A DNA stretch of 64,000 nt, from positions 248,001-312,000 of the forward strand of contig CDROCS010001101.1 in the NCBI GenBank assembly GCA_977020255.1, in the 5' to 3' direction. Both the position numbers and the translations under genes were made by a program. The DNA comes from Obrimoposthia wandeli (Eukaryota). The notes under the pieces were generated by a model that was not told the DNA's origin, made no database searches, and worked only from the letters and a program-made list of their open reading frames with translations. Positions 11,029 through 20,806 of the stretch are shown in pieces; the first letter of the stretch is position 1; each line of letters opens with the position of its first letter.

Positions 11029-11904
11029 TTAATTATTAACAAATTTAACGATTGCCATTGCAGTTTCCGTGGCATTATCCATGTGTACATGATGCCCACC
11101 AGAAACTTCAATAATAGTAAAATTGGCTTTGCTAAATATGTCTAACTCTAACGTTTTTTTAATCAACGGAAATCCTTTATCACCAAAAATTATAATACAA
11201 GATGTTGATATAGATGATAAAATATTAAAAACCTGTAGTTCCGTCAAACGCACTAGAGATCCTAGTTTCAATTTTGGGTCAGAACGAAAATTAACACTTC
11301 CAGCATCAAGTGTTAAATTTCTGTTACAAATTACTTTCGCATGTTCTTCATTCAAATCAGAAACAAGACAACGTGCTTTAACCACTTTTTCCAACGTTAA
11401 AGTATTATTTTTTCGTTTCATACTTTCGTTTACATTTTTATTGTAAATAGCGCGACTTTCGATACCTTTACGTAACTGGCTCACCGTTTGTTCTGCTTTT
11501 GCTGAAATAGCACCCAAACCTTCAATTAACACAATTCGGTGTACTAACTCAGGAAACGTAGCAGCAAAAATAGAACTGATCATAGCCCCCATTGAATGGC
11601 CTATAATACTTACAGGTCCCCAATTTTGGGTTTTTACGATTTGGTACAGATCATCGACCCATTCAATAAAATTGTAATGCCCAGTTTTATGGCTCGAAAG
11701 CCCATGCCCTGGTAAATCAATCGCGATAAGCTGATAAGGTAATGAACCATCTTCTAATTGCGTTAATAAAGCGTCAGCTAAAGGTACAAAACTAGCCGCG
11801 TTATCCAACCAGCCATGAACGGCTAATAACACAGGTTTCGTATCATCACCCCATTGCAAGCCAGCAATAATGCTGCCGTTAACCTCTATACTAACGTTAT
11901 TCAT
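11029..11904 (-). CDS. Alpha/beta hydrolase
   Basis: HGWLDNAASF oxyanion loop; GHSMG nucleophile elbow; GGHH catalytic His. Confidence 0.88.
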   Translation of the reverse strand: MNNVSIEVNGSIIAGLQWGDDTKPVLLAVHGWLDNAASFVPLADALLTQLEDGSLPYQLIAIDLPGHGLSSHKTGHYNFIEWVDDLYQIVKTQNWGPVSIIGHSMGAMISSIFAATFPELVHRIVLIEGLGAISAKAEQTVSQLRKGIESRAIYNKNVNESMKRKNNTLTLEKVVKARCLVSDLNEEHAKVICNRNLTLDAGSVNFRSDPKLKLGSLVRLTELQVFNILSSISTSCIIIFGDKGFPLIKKTLELDIFSKANFTIIEVSGGHHVHMDNATETAMAIVKFVNN

Positions 11905-11910
11905 TAGAAT

Positions 11911-12615
11911 TTACCCTCTACCCGGTAGTTTCTTCCAAGTAACAGTATCTCGAACATAAACTGGCATCGCGTCTTCTACTGCAACCGCCTTGCCATTGGC
12001 AAAGTCAGCAGCTGCAATAGCAAGCATATCGTGTGATGTTGGAAATTGAATACCTTCACATGCGGTTAAACTAGCTACGTTTAATGCTGCCAGTTGTTCT
12101 GCATAAGTTGCCCAGCCAGTACCTAACGTGTAGAACGCTTGATCAGGTTTGTTAAAGTTAGCCACAAGCATATCTGCAGTAATCACCATTTCTTTATCAA
12201 CAAGAGTCATTACACCCGCTGCATTAAGCTTATATTGCGCAACATAAATTTCGCCCATACGGGCATCAATTGCGGGCAACACATCTGTGGCATTATGTAA
12301 TCGGTTTGCACCTTGTGCCATTGCTGCTAGTGTCGAAATTGGTAACATAGGTAAATCAGCACCAAAAGCGAGACCTTGAGCAATACCAGTACCGATACGT
12401 ACACCGGTAAAACTGCCCGGTCCACGTCCAAATGCAAGTGCATCTAAATCGGTCAACTTAATGCCTGCTTCAGCCAACAAGCTATCTACCATAGGTAAAA
12501 TACGCTTAGTATGCTCACGTGGGCTTTCAAATTCTCTTACTAATATTTCACCGTTAATGCTCAGTGCGGCAGAACAATTTTCTGTTGATGTATCTAGTGC
12601 TAAAATATTACTCAT
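11911..12615 (-). CDS. tsaB: tRNA threonylcarbamoyladenosine biosynthesis protein TsaB (YeaZ)
   Basis: ILALDTST; GPGSFTGVRIG; IDARMGEIY. Confidence 0.96.
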   Translation of the reverse strand: MSNILALDTSTENCSAALSINGEILVREFESPREHTKRILPMVDSLLAEAGIKLTDLDALAFGRGPGSFTGVRIGTGIAQGLAFGADLPMLPISTLAAMAQGANRLHNATDVLPAIDARMGEIYVAQYKLNAAGVMTLVDKEMVITADMLVANFNKPDQAFYTLGTGWATYAEQLAALNVASLTACEGIQFPTSHDMLAIAAADFANGKAVAVEDAMPVYVRDTVTWKKLPGRG

Positions 12616-12627
12616 AAAATTCACTTT

Positions 12628-14571
12628 CTAATTGTTAGTTTTCTTAATAAAAGATAAAACGCCATTTAAATCTCTGGTACGCGGCATATCAGGCAAGCTA
12701 TTGATAAATGTAGCGCCATAACCACGAGAGACAATACGTGTATCACAAATAATAACACAACCGGTGTCTTTGACATCTCGAATCAAACGCCCTACTCCCT
12801 GCTTCAAGTTAATCACCGCTTTGGGTATTTGTAACTGCGCAAAAGGGTCTTCGCCTTTACGTTGGCAGTCTTCAATCCGTGCTTGTAATAACGGGTCATC
12901 TGGCGACGCAAACGGTAATTTATCAATAATAACACAGCTTAAAGTTTGCCCGCGTACATCAATCCCCTCCCAGAAGGAATAAGTACCGATTAATAAGGCG
13001 TTACCATGTTCGACAAACTGATCGAGTAACACTTGTTTGTTATCTTGCCCTTGTACAAAAATAGGCATAGTGAGTTGCTGTTGTAACAACGCCGCTACTT
13101 GCCTGATCATGTAATGACTCGTACAAAGAAAGAAACAGCGTCCTTTATTGGCAATAATGATTGGTGATAATTTCTCTACCAATATACGTGCTATGTTTGG
13201 ATCGTTCGGCTCTGGAATATTACGAGGGACACATAACATTGCTTGGTTTTGGTAATCAAACGGACTAGCCAAAATAAGTTCTGTTGCATTCACTAAACCC
13301 ATTTGTTGGCGATAGTGCGAGAAACAATGATCGACAGCTAATGTGGCCGATGTAAAAATCCACGCAGATTTTAGTTTTTCTTGCTCGGCACTAAAGCGCT
13401 CGGCAATATTAAGTGGCGTGATATTTAATGTAAAGTTTCGTTTGGTACATTCATACCAATAGCTCTCACCGGTATTATTTACCGCCATTATTTGTTGAAA
13501 TATTGCTTTAATCTCAACCACACGATCAAAGCACTGATCTACAAGCTCTGTTCGGCCAAGTGCTAATTTCAATACTTCATAGATAAAATCGAGTTGGTCT
13601 TGAAAACGCGTGACGGTTTTCATTACCGCTTGCTGATTAAGTAGATGACGCCAGTTACCTCGGCCCGTTTCCATTGAAAAGCTTAACCGTAAATCTTGAG
13701 TCGCATTGGCGAGCCCATTAGCGGCTTTGGTGACTTGGATCGTGTCTCTTAGATCGGTACGGCCAAGGTATTGCACATCTTTGCATAACGCTTGAATTAA
13801 TTTACTCGATAAGCTTTTACCAAAGTATTCTGATGCAATATCGGGGATCTGATGGGCTTCATCAAAAACAATCACCTCAGCGTCCGGCAGTAATCGACCA
13901 AAGCCTGAGTCTTTAACATTAAGATCGGCAAAATATAAATGGTGATTAACAACAACAATATCGGCTTCTAAAGCCTTGCGACGTGCTTTAACCAAGAAGC
14001 AATCTTCATAATCAGGGCAATCTCGACCTAAGCAGTTATCATTCGTTGATGTCACTAAGGGTAATATTTCAGCGTCGTCTTTAAGCCCAGGAACGGAACT
14101 CATATCACCGCTAATGGTAATATTAGACCAGCCCTTAATTTTAACGTAATCACTTAATATAGCTTGGCTTTGATACTGTGTCTCTCGGCTTAAACGCGTT
14201 AAACGTTCTGTACACAAGTAGTTATTTCGCCCTTTTAATAAGGCGGTTTTAGCTTTGCTATTTAGCGCATCAATAATAAAAGGTAAATCACGGTTAAATA
14301 ACTGTTCTTGTAAGTTTTTACTACCAGTGCTGATAATCGTTGTTTTGTCATTGATCAAAGCAGGAATGAGATAAGCGAACGTTTTTCCCGTCCCCGTTTC
14401 AGCCTCTACAATTAAATTGCCCTTGCTTGCGATCACATCGTTAATGGCTTTGGCCATATCAATTTGTGGTTGACGAGCCGTATAGCCATCGATGACTTTG
14501 GCTAACGCGCCACCCGATAAAAAATATTGCTCTATCACAAACAAGTTTCCATTTAATATATTAGACGACAT
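12628..14571 (-). CDS. yoaA: ATP-dependent DNA helicase, DinG/YoaA family
   Basis: EAETGTGKT; Fe-S cysteines; DEAH box; FWEGIDV; QGVGRLIR; next to tsaB. Confidence 0.93.
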   Translation of the reverse strand: MSSNILNGNLFVIEQYFLSGGALAKVIDGYTARQPQIDMAKAINDVIASKGNLIVEAETGTGKTFAYLIPALINDKTTIISTGSKNLQEQLFNRDLPFIIDALNSKAKTALLKGRNNYLCTERLTRLSRETQYQSQAILSDYVKIKGWSNITISGDMSSVPGLKDDAEILPLVTSTNDNCLGRDCPDYEDCFLVKARRKALEADIVVVNHHLYFADLNVKDSGFGRLLPDAEVIVFDEAHQIPDIASEYFGKSLSSKLIQALCKDVQYLGRTDLRDTIQVTKAANGLANATQDLRLSFSMETGRGNWRHLLNQQAVMKTVTRFQDQLDFIYEVLKLALGRTELVDQCFDRVVEIKAIFQQIMAVNNTGESYWYECTKRNFTLNITPLNIAERFSAEQEKLKSAWIFTSATLAVDHCFSHYRQQMGLVNATELILASPFDYQNQAMLCVPRNIPEPNDPNIARILVEKLSPIIIANKGRCFFLCTSHYMIRQVAALLQQQLTMPIFVQGQDNKQVLLDQFVEHGNALLIGTYSFWEGIDVRGQTLSCVIIDKLPFASPDDPLLQARIEDCQRKGEDPFAQLQIPKAVINLKQGVGRLIRDVKDTGCVIICDTRIVSRGYGATFINSLPDMPRTRDLNGVLSFIKKTNN

Positions 14572-14777
14572 TTAATACCATCACTCATGCTAATAATCAA
14601 ATTGATGTTGTATAAAGCTAAATTGATGGTTGTTTTTCAACCCTGTTAACAAAATACTATTACTTATAACTTGTTATTTTTAACAAAATTAGTCAGTAAT
14701 AGTGGAATCACGCCCGACTTCTGCTAAAATCGCCTGCAAATCGACAGCAACACCTCGAATCTAGCTAAGTGAGTCCA

Positions 14778-14831
14778 AAGTAACTTGGAAGAGCCTTCAT
14801 GGAAATTGAAAGAAACTCTTCCAAGTTACTT
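14778..14831. repeat. Perfect 16-bp inverted repeat in the purC leader
   Basis: AAGTAACTTGGAAGAG (14778-14793) and CTCTTCCAAGTTACTT (14816-14831), 22-nt spacer. Confidence 0.85.
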
Positions 14832-14879
14832 AGGTATAAGTTTTATATAAACGATTAAACTCAATAAGGATAGTTAACA

Positions 14880-15983
14880 ATGAGTCTTGCTGATAAAGTA
14901 TTAGCCGTAAACAATGATTTACCAATCCGTACAGATAAGCCTGTACACAGTGGCAAAGTTCGTTCTGTTTACTGGTTAACTGAAGCCGATAGTCGTCGTC
15001 TAATCGAAGAAAAAGGTTATGACGTAGCGGCTGATGCGCCACTTGCAATTATGGTTATTAGTGATCGTATCTCTGCATTTGATTGTATCTGGCACGGTGA
15101 AGGCGGCATGCGTGGTGTACCTGGGAAAGGTGCTGCGTTAAACGCAATTTCAAACCATTGGTTTAAGTCGTTCCGTGAAAACGGTTTAGCAGACAGCCAT
15201 ATTCTTGATATTCCTCATCCATTCATTTGGATCGTTCAAAAAGCTAAGCCAGTTATGATTGAAGCGATTTGTCGCCAATACATCACAGGCTCTATGTGGC
15301 GTGCTTATAGCCAAGGTGAACGTAACTTCTGTGGTATCGAACTACCTGAAGGTCTTACTAAAGACCAGAAACTACCAGAATTACTGATCACACCGTCAAC
15401 TAAAGGCATTTTAGAAGGCATTCCAGGTGTACCAGCTGTTGATGATGTTAACATCACTCGCGAAAACATCTCTGACAACTACGAAGCATTCAATTTCAAA
15501 TCACTTGACGATATTACTTATTACGAAAAACTGCTAAAAGAAGGTTTTGATGTAATTAGTGATGCACTTGCAGGTGTTGATCAGATGTTTGTTGATACTA
15601 AATTTGAATTTGGTTATGTAACAGACAGAAAAGGCCAAGACAAGCTTATCTATATGGATGAAGTAGGTACGCCTGATTCATCACGTATTTGGGATGGTCC
15701 TGCATTCCGTGAAGGTAATGTCGTTGAGAATTCTAAAGAAGGTTTCCGTCAGCTATTGCTTAACTACTTCCCAGAACCTGACATCTTACTTAATAAAAGC
15801 AGAATGGATGAGCGTCTAGCACTTGCTGAACATAATTCACTACCAACATCTGTATTAATGTCTATTTCAGAAACATACCTTAATATCGCAGAAAAAATTA
15901 CCGGTAAGAAGATTGTATTATCTGATAATCCTAAAGCTGAGATCATTGAGATCTTACGTAACGACTTTAATCTTATTGATTAA
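14880..15983 (+). CDS. purC: Phosphoribosylaminoimidazolesuccinocarboxamide synthase, long Vibrio type
   Basis: HSGKVRSVY; SDRISAFD; VDTKFEFG; [12 protein letters not shown]; 367 aa. Confidence 0.95.
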   Translation: MSLADKVLAVNNDLPIRTDKPVHSGKVRSVYWLTEADSRRLIEEKGYDVAADAPLAIMVISDRISAFDCIWHGEGGMRGVPGKGAALNAISNHWFKSFRENGLADSHILDIPHPFIWIVQKAKPVMIEAICRQYITGSMWRAYSQGERNFCGIELPEGLTKDQKLPELLITPSTKGILEGIPGVPAVDDVNITRENISDNYEAFNFKSLDDITYYEKLLKEGFDVISDALAGVDQMFVDTKFEFGYVTDRKGQDKLIYMDEVGTPDSSRIWDGPAFREGNVVENSKEGFRQLLLNYFPEPDILLNKSRMDERLALAEHNSLPTSVLMSISETYLNIAEKITGKKIVLSDNPKAEIIEILRNDFNLID

Positions 15984-16046
15984 TGCCCACGTCTATTCAG
16001 TTGTATAGCGTGTATTTGATTACATAGTGATTAGATAGTTATAATT

Positions 16047-16090
16047 AAAAAGGAGAGCTACTTATTATTAAAAGTAGACTCTCCTTTTTT
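16047..16090. terminator. Bidirectional terminator between purC and the FAD oxidoreductase gene
   Basis: AAAAAGGAGAG-CTACTT...AAGTAG-A-CTCTCCTTTTT hairpin. Confidence 0.85.
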
Positions 16091-16124
16091 GTATTGATGA
16101 TTTAAAATCAATCATCAATCGTAA

Positions 16125-17741
16125 TTAGTCTTCTTTAACAAGCATAGATAGCGCCATTGCTTCAGCCACTTTGATACCGTCAATACCAGCAGATAAAATG
16201 CCACCAGCATAACCAGCACCTTCACCAGCAGGGTATAGACCCTTAGTGCTGATACTTTGGAAGTCACGACCACGTTTAATGCTTACTGGTGATGATGTAC
16301 GCGTTTCAACACCTGTTAACGTTGCGTCTTTTGCAGAGAAACCTTTAATTTTCTTTTCAAAAGCAGGAATTGCTTCACGAATAGCGGCAACAGCAAACGG
16401 AGGAAGTGTTTTACTTAAGTCTGTAAATTTAAGACCTGGTTTGTATGAAGGAACCACGTCACCAAATTCACCTTCGCCAGAACCATTAAGGAAATCGCCA
16501 ACCGTTTGTCCTGGTGCATCGTAGTTACTACCACCAATAACGAAAGCGTTCTTTTCCAATTTACGTTGTAAATCAATACCTGCTAATGGGTTACCAGGGA
16601 AATCTTCTGGTGTGATACCAACAACGATAGCGCTGTTAGCATTCATTTCATTTCGTGAATACTGGCTCATGCCATTGGTAACAACGTGACCTTCTTCAGA
16701 CGTTGCAGCAACAACAGTTCCGCCTGGACACATACAGAAACTATAAACAGAACGACCATTTTTACAATGATGAACGAGTTTATAATCCGCTGAACCAAGT
16801 AGTGGGTTACCGGCATTTTTACCAAAACGAGCGTCATCAATTGCTGCTTGCTTGTGCTCAATACGGAAACCAATTGAGAAAGGTTTCGCTTCAAGGTAAA
16901 CACCACGCTTTTGCAGCATTTCAAATGTATCACGCGCACTATGACCAATAGCTAATGAAACATGATTTGTTTCAATAATTTCACCACCAGCAAGTTCAAC
17001 ACCAGTTACTTGATCGTTTTCGATAAGGATGTCATCAACACGAGCACTAAAACGAATTTCACCACCAAGTTCGATGATTTCTTTACGCATAGTCTCAATC
17101 ATAGTCACAAGCTTAAACGTACCAATATGTGGCTTACTTAAATACATGATCTCTTCAGGTGCACCGGCTTTAACAAATTCAGTTAAGATTTTACGTGCAT
17201 GAAATTTAGGATCTTTAACTTGGCTATAAAGTTTACCGTCAGAGAATGTACCCGCGCCACCTTCACCAAACTGAACATTTGACTCTGGGTTTAATACACG
17301 TTTACGCCAAAAACCGAATGTATCCTTGGTTCTTTCACGCACTTCTTTACCACGTTCTAGTACAATTGGTTTTAATCCCATTTGTGCAAGAATCAATGCA
17401 GTAAATAAACCACATGGACCAAAACCAATAACAACAGGACGTTGTTCAATCTCTTCGGTTTTCTCAGCAACAAATTTGTATGACATATCAGGCGTTAAAC
17501 GAACATGCTGATCTTTATCGAATTTAGCTAGAATCGCTTGTTCATCAACACCACCAGCCAACGTGACATCCAATGTATACATTAAAATAATTACATCACG
17601 TTTACGTGCATCATAACCACGGCGAAAAACAGTATATTCAGCTAATTGCTCAGGTTGAAGTGACAATCTTTCTAGAATATATGCATTAATTGCTTGATCG
17701 TCATGATCAAGTGGTAGTTTTACATCGGTTAAACGTAACAT
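16125..17741 (-). CDS. Uncharacterised NAD(P)/FAD-dependent oxidoreductase
   Basis: VIGFGPCG dinucleotide fold; GEGGAGTFSDGKL; FCMCPGG; GEGAGYAGGI. Confidence 0.85.
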   Translation of the reverse strand: MLRLTDVKLPLDHDDQAINAYILERLSLQPEQLAEYTVFRRGYDARKRDVIILMYTLDVTLAGGVDEQAILAKFDKDQHVRLTPDMSYKFVAEKTEEIEQRPVVIGFGPCGLFTALILAQMGLKPIVLERGKEVRERTKDTFGFWRKRVLNPESNVQFGEGGAGTFSDGKLYSQVKDPKFHARKILTEFVKAGAPEEIMYLSKPHIGTFKLVTMIETMRKEIIELGGEIRFSARVDDILIENDQVTGVELAGGEIIETNHVSLAIGHSARDTFEMLQKRGVYLEAKPFSIGFRIEHKQAAIDDARFGKNAGNPLLGSADYKLVHHCKNGRSVYSFCMCPGGTVVAATSEEGHVVTNGMSQYSRNEMNANSAIVVGITPEDFPGNPLAGIDLQRKLEKNAFVIGGSNYDAPGQTVGDFLNGSGEGEFGDVVPSYKPGLKFTDLSKTLPPFAVAAIREAIPAFEKKIKGFSAKDATLTGVETRTSSPVSIKRGRDFQSISTKGLYPAGEGAGYAGGILSAGIDGIKVAEAMALSMLVKED

Positions 17742-17964
17742 AGAAAATTATCCAAATATCAAAATGCTCAGCGCTGTTAGAGCACTAGCTTGTAAACTAA
17801 AATCTTAGGGCGGGCATTTTACGTTATTATGACAAAATATGCATTTTATTATTTAATATTCGCCTGTTTTTCAAGCCCCATTTCCAGCCTTAATCGGATG
17901 TTAATTGCTTTTAAGGCCTGCTTACGTATAATGCCTGCACTTTGAAATGAGAGGAACAAGCATC

Positions 17965-18288
17965 ATGGCTTTTGTCGTAACCGAAAATTGTATTAAATGT
18001 AAACATGGTGATTGTGTCCCTGTATGCCCTGCCGACGCGTTTCATGAAGGTCCTAACTTCTTAGTAATTAACCCTGAAGAATGTATTGATTGCGGGCTTT
18101 GTGAACCAGAATGCCCTGTAAATGCTATTTACCAAGAAGATGAAGTACCCGAAGATCAAAAAATATTTATCGCCATTAATGAAGAGCTGTCTGAACAGTG
18201 GCCAGTGATCACCGAAAAATGTGAACCACCAGCAGATGCTGACGACTGGGCAGATGTCGAAAACAAATTATCTTTATTAGAACGCTAG
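17965..18288 (+). CDS. fdxA: 7Fe ferredoxin, Azotobacter FdI/FdxA type
   Basis: 107 aa from ATG 17965 after GAGGA; [14 protein letters not shown] and [12 protein letters not shown]; C-terminal KLSLLER. Confidence 0.9.
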   Translation: MAFVVTENCIKCKHGDCVPVCPADAFHEGPNFLVINPEECIDCGLCEPECPVNAIYQEDEVPEDQKIFIAINEELSEQWPVITEKCEPPADADDWADVENKLSLLER

Positions 18289-18554
18289 AATTAAACCACT
18301 AGAATTAAACAGCTAAATATTAATCCGTTTCAAATAATATTCAGCTACCATTAAGTAGAGAGTTCCCAATTTCCCCCAGATGAACTCTCGCTTTATCGCC
18401 AGTGATCGCATTCTACAGAACGTTAATCCCCCAACTACTCTCGCACTTATATAGCCCTTTTCTCGACTTTTTTCTCGTATAGTCAATTAACATCTAGGCT
18501 TAAAAGATTAACTAATATTTAGCCCTACTTTAAAAGTAATCTAAGGATAGACTC

Positions 18555-20027
18555 ATGCGTAATGAGAAAAATTCAATTACTAAATTAATTTTAAACATAA
18601 TATACATGACCTTGATGTTTATCACTTCCCATACATACACCTATGCAAACAGCTCAGCATCAATCAAGACTGTACCTATTTATCCCTTCTCTCAAGATCA
18701 ACTGCACCTATACGACAAGCTTAAAAGTGCTAATAAAGATCAACTACTGTTTTTTAAAAATAATCGGCTCAATCTATCCGGTCTTACATTATTGAGCTTA
18801 TTAACTGATCTCGGCTTTAGGCAAGACTCTATACTATCCAACAATGAAAAAGCGAATATAGACGCAACAGATAAAGCCCTTACTCTTGCGCTTTATCACA
18901 TAGCTTCGCAATCACAGGGAAATCAATTAAGATCACCAGCAAATAAACCCGAGGATTTTAAAGCTGCGCTAAATAACGATACCCTTTCCGCCTATATTGA
19001 TTCGGCAATGCCACAATTTAACGCAGTCATTCGATTAAGGCAGGCAATTAACAAATACAAGAAAATGAAATATGTAAACTGGCCGCCTATCACGGAAAAA
19101 TTTAGCCCGCAATTAGGTCAAGCGCATGCAGAAGTGAAGATACTCAGGCATAAGTTAATGACCTTAGAGGATTTGAATACTACCCCTACTTCTAAACATA
19201 GAATAAACATATTTGATCAAAGCATCATTGACGGTATAAAGCATTTCCAGCGCCGCAATGGGTTAAAGGCCACAGGTAAACTGAATGTTCATACAATAGA
19301 TGCCTTAAACCAAACCATAACTACGCGTATCAACAAACTTCAAATTAACTTGTGGCGTTGGCTTTCTCTACCGCGTATTCCGCCAACCAAATACATCATG
19401 GTCAACATCCCTGCGTTTAATTTAGCGCTCATAGATAAGGGTAAGCCTTTAATTGAAATGAAAGTCATTGTTGGTAAACCCAGTAACCAGACACCAGTCA
19501 TGATCACTGAAGTTCATTCCGTCACTTTCAATCCGACATGGACGCCTACGCGCAATATAATAAATGATGATCTGTTGCCGTTGCATAACAAGAATAATAC
19601 GGCGTTAAAAAATCTTAACTTCCATCTCGTCAAAGGCGATGGTGTCAACGCTGTATACAAAGAGATACCAACTAACCTACAAGCTATGTTAGGACAATAC
19701 CGCCTAGTTCAACGCGCAGGCAATAATAACGCGCTAGGCAAGGTACGGTTTAATATTAAAAACAACAACGCTATCTTCTTACATGATACGCCAACCAAGT
19801 ATCTGTTTAATCGCCATAATAGAGCCTTGAGTCACGGCTGTATTCGTTTAGAAAATCCTAACGACTTACTCTCTAGCTTACTTATCAGTAGTGGTAATAA
19901 TAAGCTTCAAACTAAGCACGTGAAACTAGCTAGTTCACTCCCCGTCTTTATTACTTATCAAACAGCATGGATTGATAACTTAGGAAAAGCTAACTTCCGT
20001 AACGACCTGTATGAGCATGATAAGTAA
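18555..20027 (+). CDS. L,D-transpeptidase, YcbB/LdtD-like paralog 1
   Basis: Signal-like N-terminus; PG-binding FQRRNGLKATG; VNIP; VIVGKP; catalytic FLHDTP...SHGCIRL. Confidence 0.9.
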   Translation: MRNEKNSITKLILNIIYMTLMFITSHTYTYANSSASIKTVPIYPFSQDQLHLYDKLKSANKDQLLFFKNNRLNLSGLTLLSLLTDLGFRQDSILSNNEKANIDATDKALTLALYHIASQSQGNQLRSPANKPEDFKAALNNDTLSAYIDSAMPQFNAVIRLRQAINKYKKMKYVNWPPITEKFSPQLGQAHAEVKILRHKLMTLEDLNTTPTSKHRINIFDQSIIDGIKHFQRRNGLKATGKLNVHTIDALNQTITTRINKLQINLWRWLSLPRIPPTKYIMVNIPAFNLALIDKGKPLIEMKVIVGKPSNQTPVMITEVHSVTFNPTWTPTRNIINDDLLPLHNKNNTALKNLNFHLVKGDGVNAVYKEIPTNLQAMLGQYRLVQRAGNNNALGKVRFNIKNNNAIFLHDTPTKYLFNRHNRALSHGCIRLENPNDLLSSLLISSGNNKLQTKHVKLASSLPVFITYQTAWIDNLGKANFRNDLYEHDK

Positions 20028-20199
20028 CAAATGTCAATAATTACTGACAATATCTCACAAAAAAAATAGCTAATAATGAGATAGTACTCTAGTGTTATGT
20101 GTATGCTTCTAAAGCAAGGGGCATTAAGACGTAAAGATAATAAAATCAATGTATTAATCTATGTTTGTGAATTTAAAGCAATTGATTGGAGTACTAAAA

Positions 20200-20388
20200 A
20201 TGAATAAATTATCAATGTTTATCCACGATTTTATCGAAGACGAAAGTGGTCTAACTGCGGTTGAGTATGCTGTCGCTGGTGGTTTGGTCGTAGCAGGTCT
20301 TGTTGGGGCATTTACAGCGTTAGGTACTGCTGCTGACGCTAGAATTGATACGTTAACGACTGCGATTGGTGGGACGCCTCCTACTTAA
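20200..20388 (+). CDS. flp: Flp type IVb pilin 1
   Basis: 62 aa; ESG|LTAVEY prepilin cleavage and Flp motif; GGAG RBS before ATG 20200. Confidence 0.93.
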   Translation: MNKLSMFIHDFIEDESGLTAVEYAVAGGLVVAGLVGAFTALGTAADARIDTLTTAIGGTPPT

Positions 20389-20439
20389 GTCCCCCATGGA
20401 ATCACATGCTCGAGCTTGATACTCAACAGTAGCGATACT

Positions 20440-20538
20440 ATGGAATGTAATACGTTGTTAATATTTAACCAACGTTACCAACGTATTCCAAATAAACAAC
20501 AGCCCTTAGTGTGTTCACAAGCGGCTCTACATTTGTGA
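20440..20538 (+). pseudogene. Relic of prepilin peptidase tadV (32 codons, 42-nt in-frame deletion, truncated)
   Basis: MECNTLLI-FNQRYQRIPNK matches TadV MESNTLLI[14 aa]FDLRYQRIPNK. Confidence 0.85.
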
Positions 20539-20566
20539 ACTTAAAGTAGTTTATTAGAGTACTAAC

Positions 20567-20755
20567 ATGAATAAATTAACCATATTTATCAAAAATTTTA
20601 TCGAAAGCGAAAGTGGATTAACAGCAGTTGAATACGCTATCGCGGGTGGATTAGTTGTTGCTAGCCTTATAGGTGCTTTTATTGCTTTAGGTAACGCAGC
20701 TGATACAAGTATTGATTCGTTGACAACGACACTTGGTGGAACGCCTCCTACTTAA
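20567..20755 (+). CDS. flp: Flp type IVb pilin 2
   Basis: 62 aa; ESG|LTAVEY motif; 35 of 45 mature residues identical to pilin 1. Confidence 0.93.
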   Translation: MNKLTIFIKNFIESESGLTAVEYAIAGGLVVASLIGAFIALGNAADTSIDSLTTTLGGTPPT

Positions 20756-20806
20756 GTCCCCCATGGAAGCACAACCTCGAACTCGATACTCAACAGTGGT
20801 GATATT

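Noticed and set aside
18285-18310. 12-bp direct repeat CTAGAATTAAAC at the fdxA stop
   Set aside because: Only two copies; a simple micro-duplication with no evident function.
18439-18477. Three TCTCG pentamers upstream of the L,D-transpeptidase gene
   Set aside because: Too short and irregularly spaced (22 and 12 bp) to distinguish from chance.
20051-20083. Resemblance of TCTCA/TGAGA half-sites to the Vibrio VpsR box
   Set aside because: The spacer is 19 nt rather than the short spacer I recall for VpsR; not assigned to that regulator.
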